In this document: one piece after another, positions 1 to 8,405 of the stretch
How positions within the stretch are numbered: the first letter of the stretch is position 1
Layout: each line of letters opens with the position of its first letter
Virus record (IMG/VR): IMGVR_UViG_3300031160_000001
Strand: one strand, 5' to 3'
Length of the DNA stretch: 64,000 nucleotides
Origin: a virus
Made by a program: the position numbers and the translations under genes
Notes under the pieces: model-generated
Seen by the model: only the letters and a program-made list of their open reading frames with translations
Database searches by the model: none
What the model was told of the DNA's origin: nothing

Positions 1-157
1 CATATACTACTTTCACAGGTATAAAATCACTGATAGAAGAACAATTAATCTTCGCCCTTGGTTCATGAAACACCTGAATAATCAGGTGTTTTTTAGTATA
101 TAAAAACATACAGACAAAAAGAACACCTTATACAAAGGTGTTCTTCATATGTTATAA

Positions 158-232
158 TGGTTGGGCTGGTCGGGATCGAACCGACGACTCCTACCCTGTC
201 AAGGTAGTACTCTCCCGCTGAGTTACAGCCCA
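158..232 (-). tRNA. tRNA-Val(GAC), CCA encoded
   Basis: Reverse complement folds as a full cloverleaf: TGGGCTG/CAGCCCA acceptor, anticodon arm CTACC-TTGACAG-GGTAG, T-arm GTCGG-TTCGATC-CCGAC, ends ACCA. Confidence 0.95.
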
Positions 233-300
233 TCAGTCGGAACATTGAATAATATAACATACATAACAGATAAATTGCAAGTGGTAAATGGAGGTATTTT

Positions 301-633
301 ATGACAAACATATATAAGGGATTAATCAAATGCAAAAACTGTGGTAAGAACTATAAATTCAAAATGATGCGTAATAAACCAGTATATATATGTTCAGGAT
401 TTGCAAACTATGGAAAAGAATTTTGCACAAGTTTTTTTATTGAGGAAGAAGAAATAACTCATACTGTTACTAGACATTTAGAGATAAGGGGGGAAAAGAT
501 AGAGAAACCAATACAAGAATATATTGATAGAATAGAAGTAATAGGGGAAGGGTACAAAATTATATATAAAAATGGGGAAAATTCATTAATAAACATCGAA
601 AATGAAAATGGAATGATGTGTGTAAGATATTAA
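301..633 (+). CDS. Small stand-alone recombinase zinc-beta-ribbon domain protein
   Basis: GGAGG RBS; GLIKCKNCG...YICS...C pattern matches the zinc ribbon of large serine recombinases; no catalytic domain. Confidence 0.7.
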   Translation: MTNIYKGLIKCKNCGKNYKFKMMRNKPVYICSGFANYGKEFCTSFFIEEEEITHTVTRHLEIRGEKIEKPIQEYIDRIEVIGEGYKIIYKNGENSLINIENENGMMCVRY

Positions 634-681
634 CGATTAACCTCCCTCAAGAAAATAACCACTTTAGGACAACAAAGTGAT

Positions 682-721
682 TTTTCAAGGGGTTAGTTGA
701 GGGAGTCTAACCCCTTGAAAA
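682..721. repeat. 15-bp perfect inverted repeat between convergent genes (terminator or att-like site)
   Basis: ttttcaaggggttag (682-696) / ctaaccccttgaaaa (707-721); direct repeat ttaggacaaca at 664-674 and 743-753. Confidence 0.8.
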
Positions 722-766
722 CATTGACTTTTAGTAAGTTAATTAGGACAACATTTTTATAATATT

Positions 767-1138
767 TTACTTTGCAGAAAGCCTAAAAGTATTGGTCACA
801 ATTAACTTAACCAACACTTCAATTTGTGAATCGACCTCAATATCTATACTATGTAAAGACTCAAGAATATTTTCAATTGCAAACTCTTTTTTCTCTTCAG
901 GAGTCATATCATCTTGTTCTTGAATAAAAGAGAGGGTATTTTGAATAATTTCAATAGCTTTATCAATTCTTACATCGTCTTTACCATTCTTAGCTAAGAC
1001 TATTCGTAAAATCATCAAAAAATCATTAACCAAATCAATATCATCAACTCTGATCTTACCTTTTGATTTCAAGTAACCAAACAGATAGGACAATCCTAAA
1101 ACTAAAACTATAACACCAAATACAATAAGTAAATCCAT
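767..1138 (-). CDS. Putative holin (single N-terminal TM helix)
   Basis: Hydrophobic N-terminus followed by a charged tail; directly downstream of and overlapping the endolysin stop. Confidence 0.6.
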   Translation of the reverse strand: MDLLIVFGVIVLVLGLSYLFGYLKSKGKIRVDDIDLVNDFLMILRIVLAKNGKDDVRIDKAIEIIQNTLSFIQEQDDMTPEEKKEFAIENILESLHSIDIEVDSQIEVLVKLIVTNTFRLSAK

Positions 1139-2769
1139 TATTTTTTCATCTCCTTGTGTAATCTTGCTATCATTTCAAATACAAGCCAATTTGGTGCAGG
1201 TTCCTCAACCTTATCAATCCATTTTGCTTCTTCAATCAGGCCTTGACCTGCCAAATATTTTAAAGCATCTTTATTTGTCCAAACAGGTGTAGGATTAGGT
1301 TGTGTTGGTGTTTGAACTGGTTGTTCTTTGTTTGAATTAGATACCTCTTTGATTTTTAATACCATTCCACTATAAATAACATTCGAAGTTAAATTATTTA
1401 ATTTTTTAATATCATCCACTGTTACACCGTAAGCATTAGCAATTGCCCATAACGTATCTCCAGACTTTACAGTATGAGTCAAATATGCCTTGTTTTCAGG
1501 AGTTGTTTTTTCATTTGTTACAAAAACTAATACTGCATGGTGAGTAACTGGCTCTTTATTTCCTCGATTAATACCCAACGAACCTGTTTTATCAGCAATA
1601 ACGGAACTAGATCCACCATCACCGTTTAATGCCCATTCTACACCTTTATCAAGCATATAAAGTGCCATTTCTTCACAATTTAAACCTCTGTCATAAGGGG
1701 GATTCCTTCCATCTGCAACAGCAACAATTAAGTCACCATCTTTTGTAACACCAACAAAGGTACGTTGTGCTCTTACAGTATCAGCTTCATTCATAATATC
1801 ACTTAACACATTTTGCTTAACACGATATTCTTTATAAACAGCAGTAGGTTTACCATTAACAGGTTTTACGAGAATAGGCTTTGTTTGCACAAGCATTTCA
1901 TAACCATCGTTTATATTTAGGTTTTCACCAATAACAGCTTTTCCGTTTTTAAAACCAAAATTACCTCTAACTGATTCTCCACCAGATTTAATTACTTTGC
2001 CATCTATGACTAAATCGCTATAAATATATCCAGTAGAATCGAAGAAAGGAAAGTTAAAGCCATAATCAGCATTGTACTTTTTAACTAAATTACTGACTTT
2101 AGCTCCCTTTTCTTGAACAAATTTAAGTTTGTATTGTCCTGCTTTAAACCTTACTACTCGAACATCAGAAGCAGAAACACCATAATCTCCATCACAACGA
2201 TACAACTTTCCATTCTTGGTATATATACGTTCCTTTGCGACTTGGGGAATTGCCATTCCATTACCCTTCCTTTCTTGAATCAAAGATAAAACATCTTGAA
2301 TAAATTTGTTTCTATCGAATAATGTGTTATGAGGACAATTCTTACCTTTAACAACATAATGTGGCTTGATACGATCTGCCGTTTCCCAACCATGAAGCAT
2401 CATAATTTGAGCTGCAACATCTACAGCATTAATATAGGTTGCTATATCTAAAAGCTCCCCTTCTTCCACGGCTTCACATGCTATTTCTAGCCCAATCCAA
2501 TTACGATTATAATGTCCATTTGCCCCGTCTCCTGCATGCCAGCCATTTTCATTAAACGGCAAATGTTGTGTTGCACTGTCTTTGTCTACTGTTACATGCC
2601 AACTGACAATTCTGTCTTTAACATTCTCCATATACTCTGCATGCATTTCATCTCCCGCGCCATCTTTCCAATTATTCGTAGTATGAAACAATAGGCCAAC
2701 AGGTTTCATTGAATATCCTGGTCTATTTCTGTGTCCTTTTGGTAAGATTCTTTGTCTTATTTCTAACAA
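1138..2769 (-). CDS. Endolysin: N-acetylmuramoyl-L-alanine amidase (Amidase_2) + phosphodiester glycosidase (NAGPA-like) + LysM
   Basis: LLFHTT, SWHVTVD, GWHAGDG, IGLEIAC, PHY..KNCP amidase motifs; RTFVGVTKDG..VADGR..ALNGDGGSSS; HTVKSGDTLWAIA LysM; TTG start. Confidence 0.88.
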   Translation of the reverse strand: MLEIRQRILPKGHRNRPGYSMKPVGLLFHTTNNWKDGAGDEMHAEYMENVKDRIVSWHVTVDKDSATQHLPFNENGWHAGDGANGHYNRNWIGLEIACEAVEEGELLDIATYINAVDVAAQIMMLHGWETADRIKPHYVVKGKNCPHNTLFDRNKFIQDVLSLIQERKGNGMAIPQVAKERIYTKNGKLYRCDGDYGVSASDVRVVRFKAGQYKLKFVQEKGAKVSNLVKKYNADYGFNFPFFDSTGYIYSDLVIDGKVIKSGGESVRGNFGFKNGKAVIGENLNINDGYEMLVQTKPILVKPVNGKPTAVYKEYRVKQNVLSDIMNEADTVRAQRTFVGVTKDGDLIVAVADGRNPPYDRGLNCEEMALYMLDKGVEWALNGDGGSSSVIADKTGSLGINRGNKEPVTHHAVLVFVTNEKTTPENKAYLTHTVKSGDTLWAIANAYGVTVDDIKKLNNLTSNVIYSGMVLKIKEVSNSNKEQPVQTPTQPNPTPVWTNKDALKYLAGQGLIEEAKWIDKVEEPAPNWLVFEMIARLHKEMKK

Positions 2770-2853
2770 CTTTCAACCCCCCTTGATGACTTTTCTAAAA
2801 ATATATATAATTTACTTGGGACGATTCTCTCTTAATATGTACCAAGCAGGACA

Positions 2854-3342
2854 TTAAGAGTCTGATTCGTCCTTTTTACTTTGAATAATTTCTTGTTTGC
2901 GAGCTATTGAACGTTGCACTTTACTTTCTAATTCACTCTTTACCCATTCGATCATTTTATTTAATGCCCATTCAGGAATCCAAGTACCCCAACCTGCTCT
3001 AATTGCATTGGCTGTCATAGATTGGATAGTGTGAATAATTAATCCACCTGCTAACAATCCAAAAAATACAGGAGGTAACCCAAAAATCATATCTACAAAG
3101 TTTCCCCCCACAGGAAGCATAATCATAAAAAAAGTTCTAAAAACTCCATCTATCCCATAGTGAGAGCCATAGGTTTCATCTTTTCTCGATGCTCTAATAC
3201 CTGCTATCCAATCCAAACAAATAAAAAGAGCTAAAGCGAGCATTATATACAATGTAACCACACCATCACCATATAAAAAACTAAAGACGGGCGTTACAAT
3301 AGAACCTATAAACGCCGAAGTTATTTTTGCCCCACTTTCCAT
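2854..3342 (-). CDS. Phage holin (toxin-secretion/phage-lysis holin family)
   Basis: Three hydrophobic segments, CLDWIAGIRAS and IQSMTANAIRAG patterns, immediately upstream of the endolysin. Confidence 0.8.
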   Translation of the reverse strand: MESGAKITSAFIGSIVTPVFSFLYGDGVVTLYIMLALALFICLDWIAGIRASRKDETYGSHYGIDGVFRTFFMIMLPVGGNFVDMIFGLPPVFFGLLAGGLIIHTIQSMTANAIRAGWGTWIPEWALNKMIEWVKSELESKVQRSIARKQEIIQSKKDESDS

Positions 3343-3376
3343 AATAACACCTCTTTTAAATCATAAATAAAGAGTG

Positions 3377-3401
3377 AAGAGGTGGTATTACCACCTCTTC
3401 A
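3377..3401 (-). terminator. Hairpin terminator upstream of the lysis genes
   Basis: gaagaggtggt-att-accacctcttc inverted repeat followed by U-rich sequence on the minus strand. Confidence 0.6.
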
Positions 3402-3417
3402 AAATATAATGGTTGAC

Positions 3418-3567
3418 TTATTCTATTTCTATTTCTGTAATTAAATCTTCTCGATCTTTAGATATTAAATAATCATCAACAACTTCTTGTAAATCAGGGT
3501 ACTTTAATACGACTTGAACATAATCAAATTTTCCATCAATTATACGTTGTGCTAAATAGTTTCCCAT
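3418..3567 (-). CDS. Small phage protein (49 aa) typical of the tail-fibre/lysis boundary
   Basis: Translated by hand: MGNYLAQRIIDGKFDYVQVVLKYPDLQEVVDDYLISKDREDLITEIEIE; GGTGGTG RBS; below the ORF-track cutoff. Confidence 0.65.
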   Translation of the reverse strand: MGNYLAQRIIDGKFDYVQVVLKYPDLQEVVDDYLISKDREDLITEIEIE

Positions 3568-3568
3568 A

Positions 3569-3625
3569 TTATGCACCACCCATTAAAAGATCTGAAATGG
3601 CACCTGCTTTAATTACGTTCTCCAT
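3569..3625 (-). pseudogene. 18-aa micro-ORF, probable C-terminal remnant of a replaced gene
   Basis: MENVIKAGAISDLLMGGA with a strong GGAGGTG RBS, at the edge of the GC-rich cassette. Confidence 0.45.
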
Positions 3626-3654
3626 GATGGCACCTCCAAAAATATAGGCCCCGC

Positions 3655-3912
3655 CTATTCGGCGGAGCCTGCATCAGGCTCGGGCTCAGCAACCGTCGGC
3701 TCCTCGCCCCATACTGCGAAAATCGCAGACTTGTATGGCTCCGGCACTTCGTCCTGTACCTGCTGTCGTCCGGATGAGCTGTTTACATAGGCGCGACGCC
3801 ACGGATCGCCAATGGGATATTCGACTCCATCGACTTCGACGTACTGCTGTTTCTTAATACTCACCCCGTCCGGCGTAAGCATGTCCAGCGAATACCTTTC
3901 GATAATATCCAT
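3655..3912 (-). CDS. Tail-fibre-associated small protein (putative chaperone)
   Basis: 85-aa ORF directly after the tail fibre gene, with RBS. Confidence 0.6.
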   Translation of the reverse strand: MDIIERYSLDMLTPDGVSIKKQQYVEVDGVEYPIGDPWRRAYVNSSSGRQQVQDEVPEPYKSAIFAVWGEEPTVAEPEPDAGSAE

Positions 3913-3925
3913 ATCACTTCACCCC

Positions 3926-5122
3926 TTATATATAATACATCCCGTGAGCAGACAAACGGGTACTATTGGAAAACACATTATCCCCAACTGGAGCGCCGTC
4001 TGTATCATCCCCGTTTGCGTTCAAAACCATATAATTTGCACCGTACGCACCCTGAAGCGAAACTAATCTGTATTGAGACGCCAACGAAATGTTTTTGAAT
4101 TCCCCCACAGGAGTGAATGGTACCATTCCTCCGGCAATATTGTAAGGAAGTCCGTAAATGGCCCCCAATCCTGTAGCCGATCCTTTACTTGAAAGTTGGA
4201 TCTCGAATGCCCAGTAGACAACATTACCGATTCTTGTGTAACGCCCTACCCTCTTTGAGTATGTGATCCCCGAATTGTTTCCTCCGAACCGCAGGTCCGG
4301 CGTCCACGATCCGGTTTCATACGGGAGATTTCCGGCGTGCCAGATGTTGTTTGTCCCTAGCTGCGCTGCCACACCATCATTGGTCAGCTTAAGTAAATCT
4401 CTAATCCAATTTCCTGCTGCGTCGCGGAGTTGGACATAAAACGCACTGTTATCATGGAGGATATTGATTCTATTGTTTATGTCAGTGTCGATTAGCCAAA
4501 CGGCTGGCCACTTGGATTCTATAAACAAATCGCGCGTTAACGTCCCGCCGCTGCTAGTGATTAATTCAGCCCAAGATGTCCACGTGTCCCCGCCGTTGAA
4601 TGATGACCTTGTGTACACGCGATTTTCATAGGGGTCGCCTCCCCAAAACGCGTACCAGACTTGACGTATGTGTTGGCCATCCTGATTGTAAACGAGTAGC
4701 ACGCCCATCGTAGGGACCGGAGCATTTACAGCTCCCTCTGCAACGCCGTACATACCGGTGTCTTTTAAGTTATTTACATCCCCGTTATAGGGCGGTACTT
4801 TGCTGCGACCGTTATCTCCTGTCAACTTAAACCGTTGCCAGTTCACAGTTTCCGCCACATGTGCATCAAACTCCGTCTTAGTCGCCTGCTTTACGTTATC
4901 GACATTGCCTAATCCGACATCACCTTTTCCGAGTGATACCGCGCCAGTTTTCCCATTTACACTCGTAACGGGAGGCGCAGGAATTTGAGCTATCTTTTGA
5001 TCCGTATAATCCTTAGCATTTTGCTCCGCGATATCAGCCTTCGCTTGCGAGTCAACTACATTCTCTATTTGAACTAGTTGATTATCTTTAACTATTTTTG
5101 AGTCCTGCTTTATGATTGCCAT
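3926..5122 (-). CDS. Tail fibre / receptor-binding protein
   Basis: VTSVNGKTGAV repeat, knob-like segment (VNNLKDTGMY..NAPV..GVLLV), C-terminal YETGSWTP..GRYTRIGNVV domain typical of phage fibres. Confidence 0.8.
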   Translation of the reverse strand: MAIIKQDSKIVKDNQLVQIENVVDSQAKADIAEQNAKDYTDQKIAQIPAPPVTSVNGKTGAVSLGKGDVGLGNVDNVKQATKTEFDAHVAETVNWQRFKLTGDNGRSKVPPYNGDVNNLKDTGMYGVAEGAVNAPVPTMGVLLVYNQDGQHIRQVWYAFWGGDPYENRVYTRSSFNGGDTWTSWAELITSSGGTLTRDLFIESKWPAVWLIDTDINNRINILHDNSAFYVQLRDAAGNWIRDLLKLTNDGVAAQLGTNNIWHAGNLPYETGSWTPDLRFGGNNSGITYSKRVGRYTRIGNVVYWAFEIQLSSKGSATGLGAIYGLPYNIAGGMVPFTPVGEFKNISLASQYRLVSLQGAYGANYMVLNANGDDTDGAPVGDNVFSNSTRLSAHGMYYI

Positions 5123-5176
5123 TAAACCCCACCTTTCTTTTCTTGGGCTAATTTATCTTGTATTATCGAAACTTCC

Positions 5177-5194
5177 TATAAGTAAAAAGAGAGC
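5177..5194 (-). terminator. Intrinsic terminator after the XerD-like gene
   Basis: gagagcc-cgaa-ggctctc hairpin with a U-run on the minus strand. Confidence 0.7.
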
Positions 5195-5204
5195 CCGAAG
5201 GCTC

Positions 5205-6044
5205 TCAAAAATATTTTCGATATATTTCGCGCCGACGTTCTCCGCTCAGCTGAGCATAGAGTTTTGTCGTATCGATCTTGGCGTGTCCGAGAAATGATTG
5301 TATGACCTCGAGCGGAGCGCCGTTGTTAAGCAAGTGTGTCGCATATGAGTGTCTTAGACTGTGTGGGAAAACATTGACCTCAATGCCTGCGCGTTTGGCG
5401 ATACGCTTGATAATGTATCGCATCTGAGCGATTGACATCCGCCTCGGAGCTCGTTCGGTAACGAACAACGCGATGTCTGTGTCTCGTCTACTCCGGAGAT
5501 AACGTCTGAGTAGTATAGCGCACCTTGTAGTAAAATAAACCTCGCGTTCCTTATCCCCTTTGCCCCGGACAATGATACTGCGCGATTCAAAGTTTATTGA
5601 GTTTCGGTTAAGCTGCACAATCTCTCCGATCCGGCAACCAGTCGCGTAAAAGATCTCGATGAGTGCTGCTTCAAGGTACGAGGTTGCAGCGACTCGCAGT
5701 TCCTCGATCACATCCTCCGATAACGCCTTCGGGATACGATGCCCCTGCTTCGGTTCCTTAAGCTTCGCGGCTGGATTGCGCTGTGTCAGTCCTTCATCAT
5801 GCGCATATCGGAATAGCGACTTGAGAAAACGCACACGATGACCGATGCTCGCTGGCTTCAGGTGCCGCGTCGATTCAACAAGATAGCCTTTTAGCATTTC
5901 GTAGGTGATGGTTTGCACATCGACATCGCCGATATGCCGGACTAGAAGTTGCAACTGGAGATGATAGGCTTTCAGGGTATGCGAAGAATACCCCTCTAGC
6001 CTCTTGTCTGCCTCGTATGCAGACCAGAGTGAGGATAGTAACAT
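5205..6044 (-). CDS. XerC/XerD-like tyrosine recombinase (279 aa)
   Basis: ATGCRIGE, VRGKGDKER, FPHSLRHSYATHLL, LGHAKIDTTKLY: all catalytic residues present; start moved to ATG 6044 because of an AAGGAG RBS. Confidence 0.93.
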   Translation of the reverse strand: MLLSSLWSAYEADKRLEGYSSHTLKAYHLQLQLLVRHIGDVDVQTITYEMLKGYLVESTRHLKPASIGHRVRFLKSLFRYAHDEGLTQRNPAAKLKEPKQGHRIPKALSEDVIEELRVAATSYLEAALIEIFYATGCRIGEIVQLNRNSINFESRSIIVRGKGDKEREVYFTTRCAILLRRYLRSRRDTDIALFVTERAPRRMSIAQMRYIIKRIAKRAGIEVNVFPHSLRHSYATHLLNNGAPLEVIQSFLGHAKIDTTKLYAQLSGERRREIYRKYF

Positions 6045-6086
6045 GATATAACCAACTCCTTGGCATTGGTATTTGCCCTTGGGATT

Positions 6087-6154
6087 GTGGTACAGGCAAG
6101 CGCCCAAGGAACGCCTTTCATCCGAGTGATCAGTTCGGACTAGCCTGCATCCAC
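6087..6154 (-). ncRNA. Candidate structured RNA (three-way junction) in the recombinase leader
   Basis: P1 UGCAGGC/GCCUGUA, P2 UCCGA/UCGGA, P3 AGGCGU/GCGCUU; lies just downstream of an extended -10. Confidence 0.55.
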
Positions 6155-6155
6155 A

Positions 6156-6164
6156 ATTATACCA
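6156..6164 (-). promoter_or_regulatory. Extended -10 promoter for the recombinase
   Basis: TGGTATAAT (TG-n-TATAAT) on the minus strand. Confidence 0.65.
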
Positions 6165-6215
6165 TGCGCTTCCTCAGTTTTCCATAATCTAGAACTTCGT
6201 TAGTTTAATTACAAA

Positions 6216-7292
6216 TCACGGAATAAAAGCGGAGCGGAACCCGAGTGTCGGGCTCACGACCGAGCGAGTGTAGCCCAAGTTGAGCGCGAAAACGCCCGCA
6301 CTGGAGCCATTGCGCCAGTAGCCGCCGCGAGCCGCCAGTCGTTCTCCCCCGGCAATAAACCAGTACGCATCGTTCCCGTAATCCGCAGAACCTGAGCTGC
6401 TAGTAGTAGCCGGAATCGCAAGTGCTGACCAGTCCATGCTCGGCGTATTCGGGATCGCACCTTCGCGCATCGTAAGAATACGGTTTCCGCTGCTCATGCC
6501 GGTAGTAATATTCACACCTGTATTTACCCAATCCGATTCATTATCTGTGAAATTGTTGTCAATCATCACATAGGCGGCGCCGTCAATGATTTTCAGTCCT
6601 TGCACCCATTCCCATACGTTACCGTTCAAGTCGTAAATCCCTGCCGGTGTGTTATCGTGTGCCCAAGAGGCGGGTCCCGATCCGGTAGCGACACGGCCCG
6701 TCTTGCCAGCCTCAGAATCAAAATATGTTTCTTTGCCTCGTTCATACGAGGCGGAAATGTCTGCGCCATAGTTATTGTTGCCTCGTGGTTGGAAACCGTT
6801 AGCTTTGCACCAGAGGGCAATCACAGCCCACTCGGCATTGGTCATAAGGTGCCAGCCTGCTCCTTTCGCCGTGCAGTAGCCCTTTGCCGCATCGTAATTG
6901 ATAGAAGCCCTCGGGTCTTGCATCGGCAAGCTAATTGCGCGTTCACTGCCTGATGCACCAACTACAATGTTCTGATATTTAGAGATAAAAATTTCTGGTT
7001 TAATCACGCCATTCACGATAAACGCAGGATGCGGTGTAGTTGGTGCGCCCGGTATAAGCTCGTCAAGCGTTTTAACTGTAAACTTGACCATGATACTAGG
7101 GTTGCCAAAGTCATCATATAGTACGGTGTTTTTACCAAAGGTTATATCTTCAAGACGTTTTTGCCAGTCACGTTGTATATCTTCGTTCGTCGTTACACCG
7201 TTCGAAAAAAAGTCTCTCGTGATCTGCAGTTCAAGCTCTCTTGCTTTGACTGCAATCTCGCGCGAAAAATACTTTCCGCTTACATACTTCAT
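6216..7292 (-). CDS. Mtd-like / FGE-sulfatase C-type-lectin-fold protein (DGR target type), copy 1
   Basis: FISKYQN, GWHLMTNAEWAVIAL, DLNGNVWEW and C-terminal RGGYW...LGFRSAFIP, the architecture of DGR target proteins. Confidence 0.85.
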   Translation of the reverse strand: MKYVSGKYFSREIAVKARELELQITRDFFSNGVTTNEDIQRDWQKRLEDITFGKNTVLYDDFGNPSIMVKFTVKTLDELIPGAPTTPHPAFIVNGVIKPEIFISKYQNIVVGASGSERAISLPMQDPRASINYDAAKGYCTAKGAGWHLMTNAEWAVIALWCKANGFQPRGNNNYGADISASYERGKETYFDSEAGKTGRVATGSGPASWAHDNTPAGIYDLNGNVWEWVQGLKIIDGAAYVMIDNNFTDNESDWVNTGVNITTGMSSGNRILTMREGAIPNTPSMDWSALAIPATTSSSGSADYGNDAYWFIAGGERLAARGGYWRNGSSAGVFALNLGYTRSVVSPTLGFRSAFIP

Positions 7293-7340
7293 ACGATTTC
7301 ACCGCCTTCGATAGTAGTAACTTCCAACACGGGAACAAAA

Positions 7341-8405
7341 TCACGGAATAAAAGCGGAGCGGAAGCCAACGTTCGAACGCAAGTTCCACCGAGGGTCGTT
7401 CAGGTTGAGCGCGAACACCCCGGCAGCAGCGACACCCTGCCAGTCGCCGCCGCGAATCGGCAGCCGTTCTCCCGCTACATTAAACCAATATCCGTCGTTA
7501 CCGTAATCCGCAGAACCTGAGCTGCTGGTAGTGGCCGGAATCGCAAGTGCTGACCAGTCCATGCTCGGCGTATTTGGGATAGCACCTTCGCGCATCGTCA
7601 GAATTCGATGCCCGCTGGTCATGCCGGCAGTGATATTCACCCCGGTATTTACCCATGCCGATTCGGGATCAGCAAAGTTGTTGTCGATCATGACATGAGC
7701 AATACTGTCGATGATTTTCAGTCCTTGTACCCACTCCCAGACATTTCCGCACAAATCAGCGATACCGTCTAGGGTTCCATCGTGGTTCCAGGATGCTGGG
7801 CCGGAACTGGTCAGAGTGCGATGATAACTACCGGAGGTCGTCTTCACGCCGCGTTCATAAGGTGCGTCAGAAGAAGCCCCGTTACTTGTGTTTCCTCGGG
7901 GCATTTTGCCTACCTTTCGGCACCACAACGCAATGGCCGCCCATTCGGCGTTGGTCATGAGGTGCCAGCCTGTACCTTTGTTAGCACAGTATTGACGAGC
8001 ATTATCAAAACTAATTGAAGCCCGCGGGTCTGTCATCGGCAAGCTAATTGCGCGTTCACTGCCTGATGCACCAACCACAATATTTTGGTACTTTGATATA
8101 AAAATCTCTGGTTTCATTTTGCCGTTCACAATAAAAGCAGGATGCGGACTGGTCGGCGCACCTGGTATAAGCTCGTCAAGTGTTTTAACTGTAAACTTTA
8201 CCATCACGCTAGGATTTCCTAAGTCGTCATAGATAACTGTATTTTTTCCGAAAGTCAAGTCTTCAAGACGTTTTTGCCAGTCTCGCTGTGTATCAACACT
8301 CGTCGTAGGCCCTTTCGTGAAAAAGTCGCGAGCAAGCTGCATCTCTAACTCACGGCCTTTTACAGCGATCTCGCGCGAAAAATACTTACCGTTCACATAT
8401 TTCAT
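7341..8405 (-). CDS. Mtd-like / FGE-sulfatase C-type-lectin-fold protein (DGR target type), copy 2
   Basis: Tandem paralogue; same motifs, C-terminal RGGDW...VGFRSAFIP; last 24 nt identical to copy 1. Confidence 0.85.
   Translation of the reverse strand: MKYVNGKYFSREIAVKGRELEMQLARDFFTKGPTTSVDTQRDWQKRLEDLTFGKNTVIYDDLGNPSVMVKFTVKTLDELIPGAPTSPHPAFIVNGKMKPEIFISKYQNIVVGASGSERAISLPMTDPRASISFDNARQYCANKGTGWHLMTNAEWAAIALWCRKVGKMPRGNTSNGASSDAPYERGVKTTSGSYHRTLTSSGPASWNHDGTLDGIADLCGNVWEWVQGLKIIDSIAHVMIDNNFADPESAWVNTGVNITAGMTSGHRILTMREGAIPNTPSMDWSALAIPATTSSSGSADYGNDGYWFNVAGERLPIRGGDWQGVAAAGVFALNLNDPRWNLRSNVGFRSAFIP

Noticed and set aside
93-335. 80-aa minus-strand ORF
   Set aside because: Overlaps the tRNA-Val gene on the same strand
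6105-6135. Hammerhead ribozyme in the recombinase leader (CUGA...GAAA)
   Set aside because: Reads CUGAUCA rather than CUGANGA, and the segment lies in a hairpin loop; the topology does not fit
6108-6215. DGR template repeat or reverse transcriptase downstream of the target genes
   Set aside because: No AAC-rich VR-like copy here or noticed elsewhere, and no ORF with RT motifs in the window
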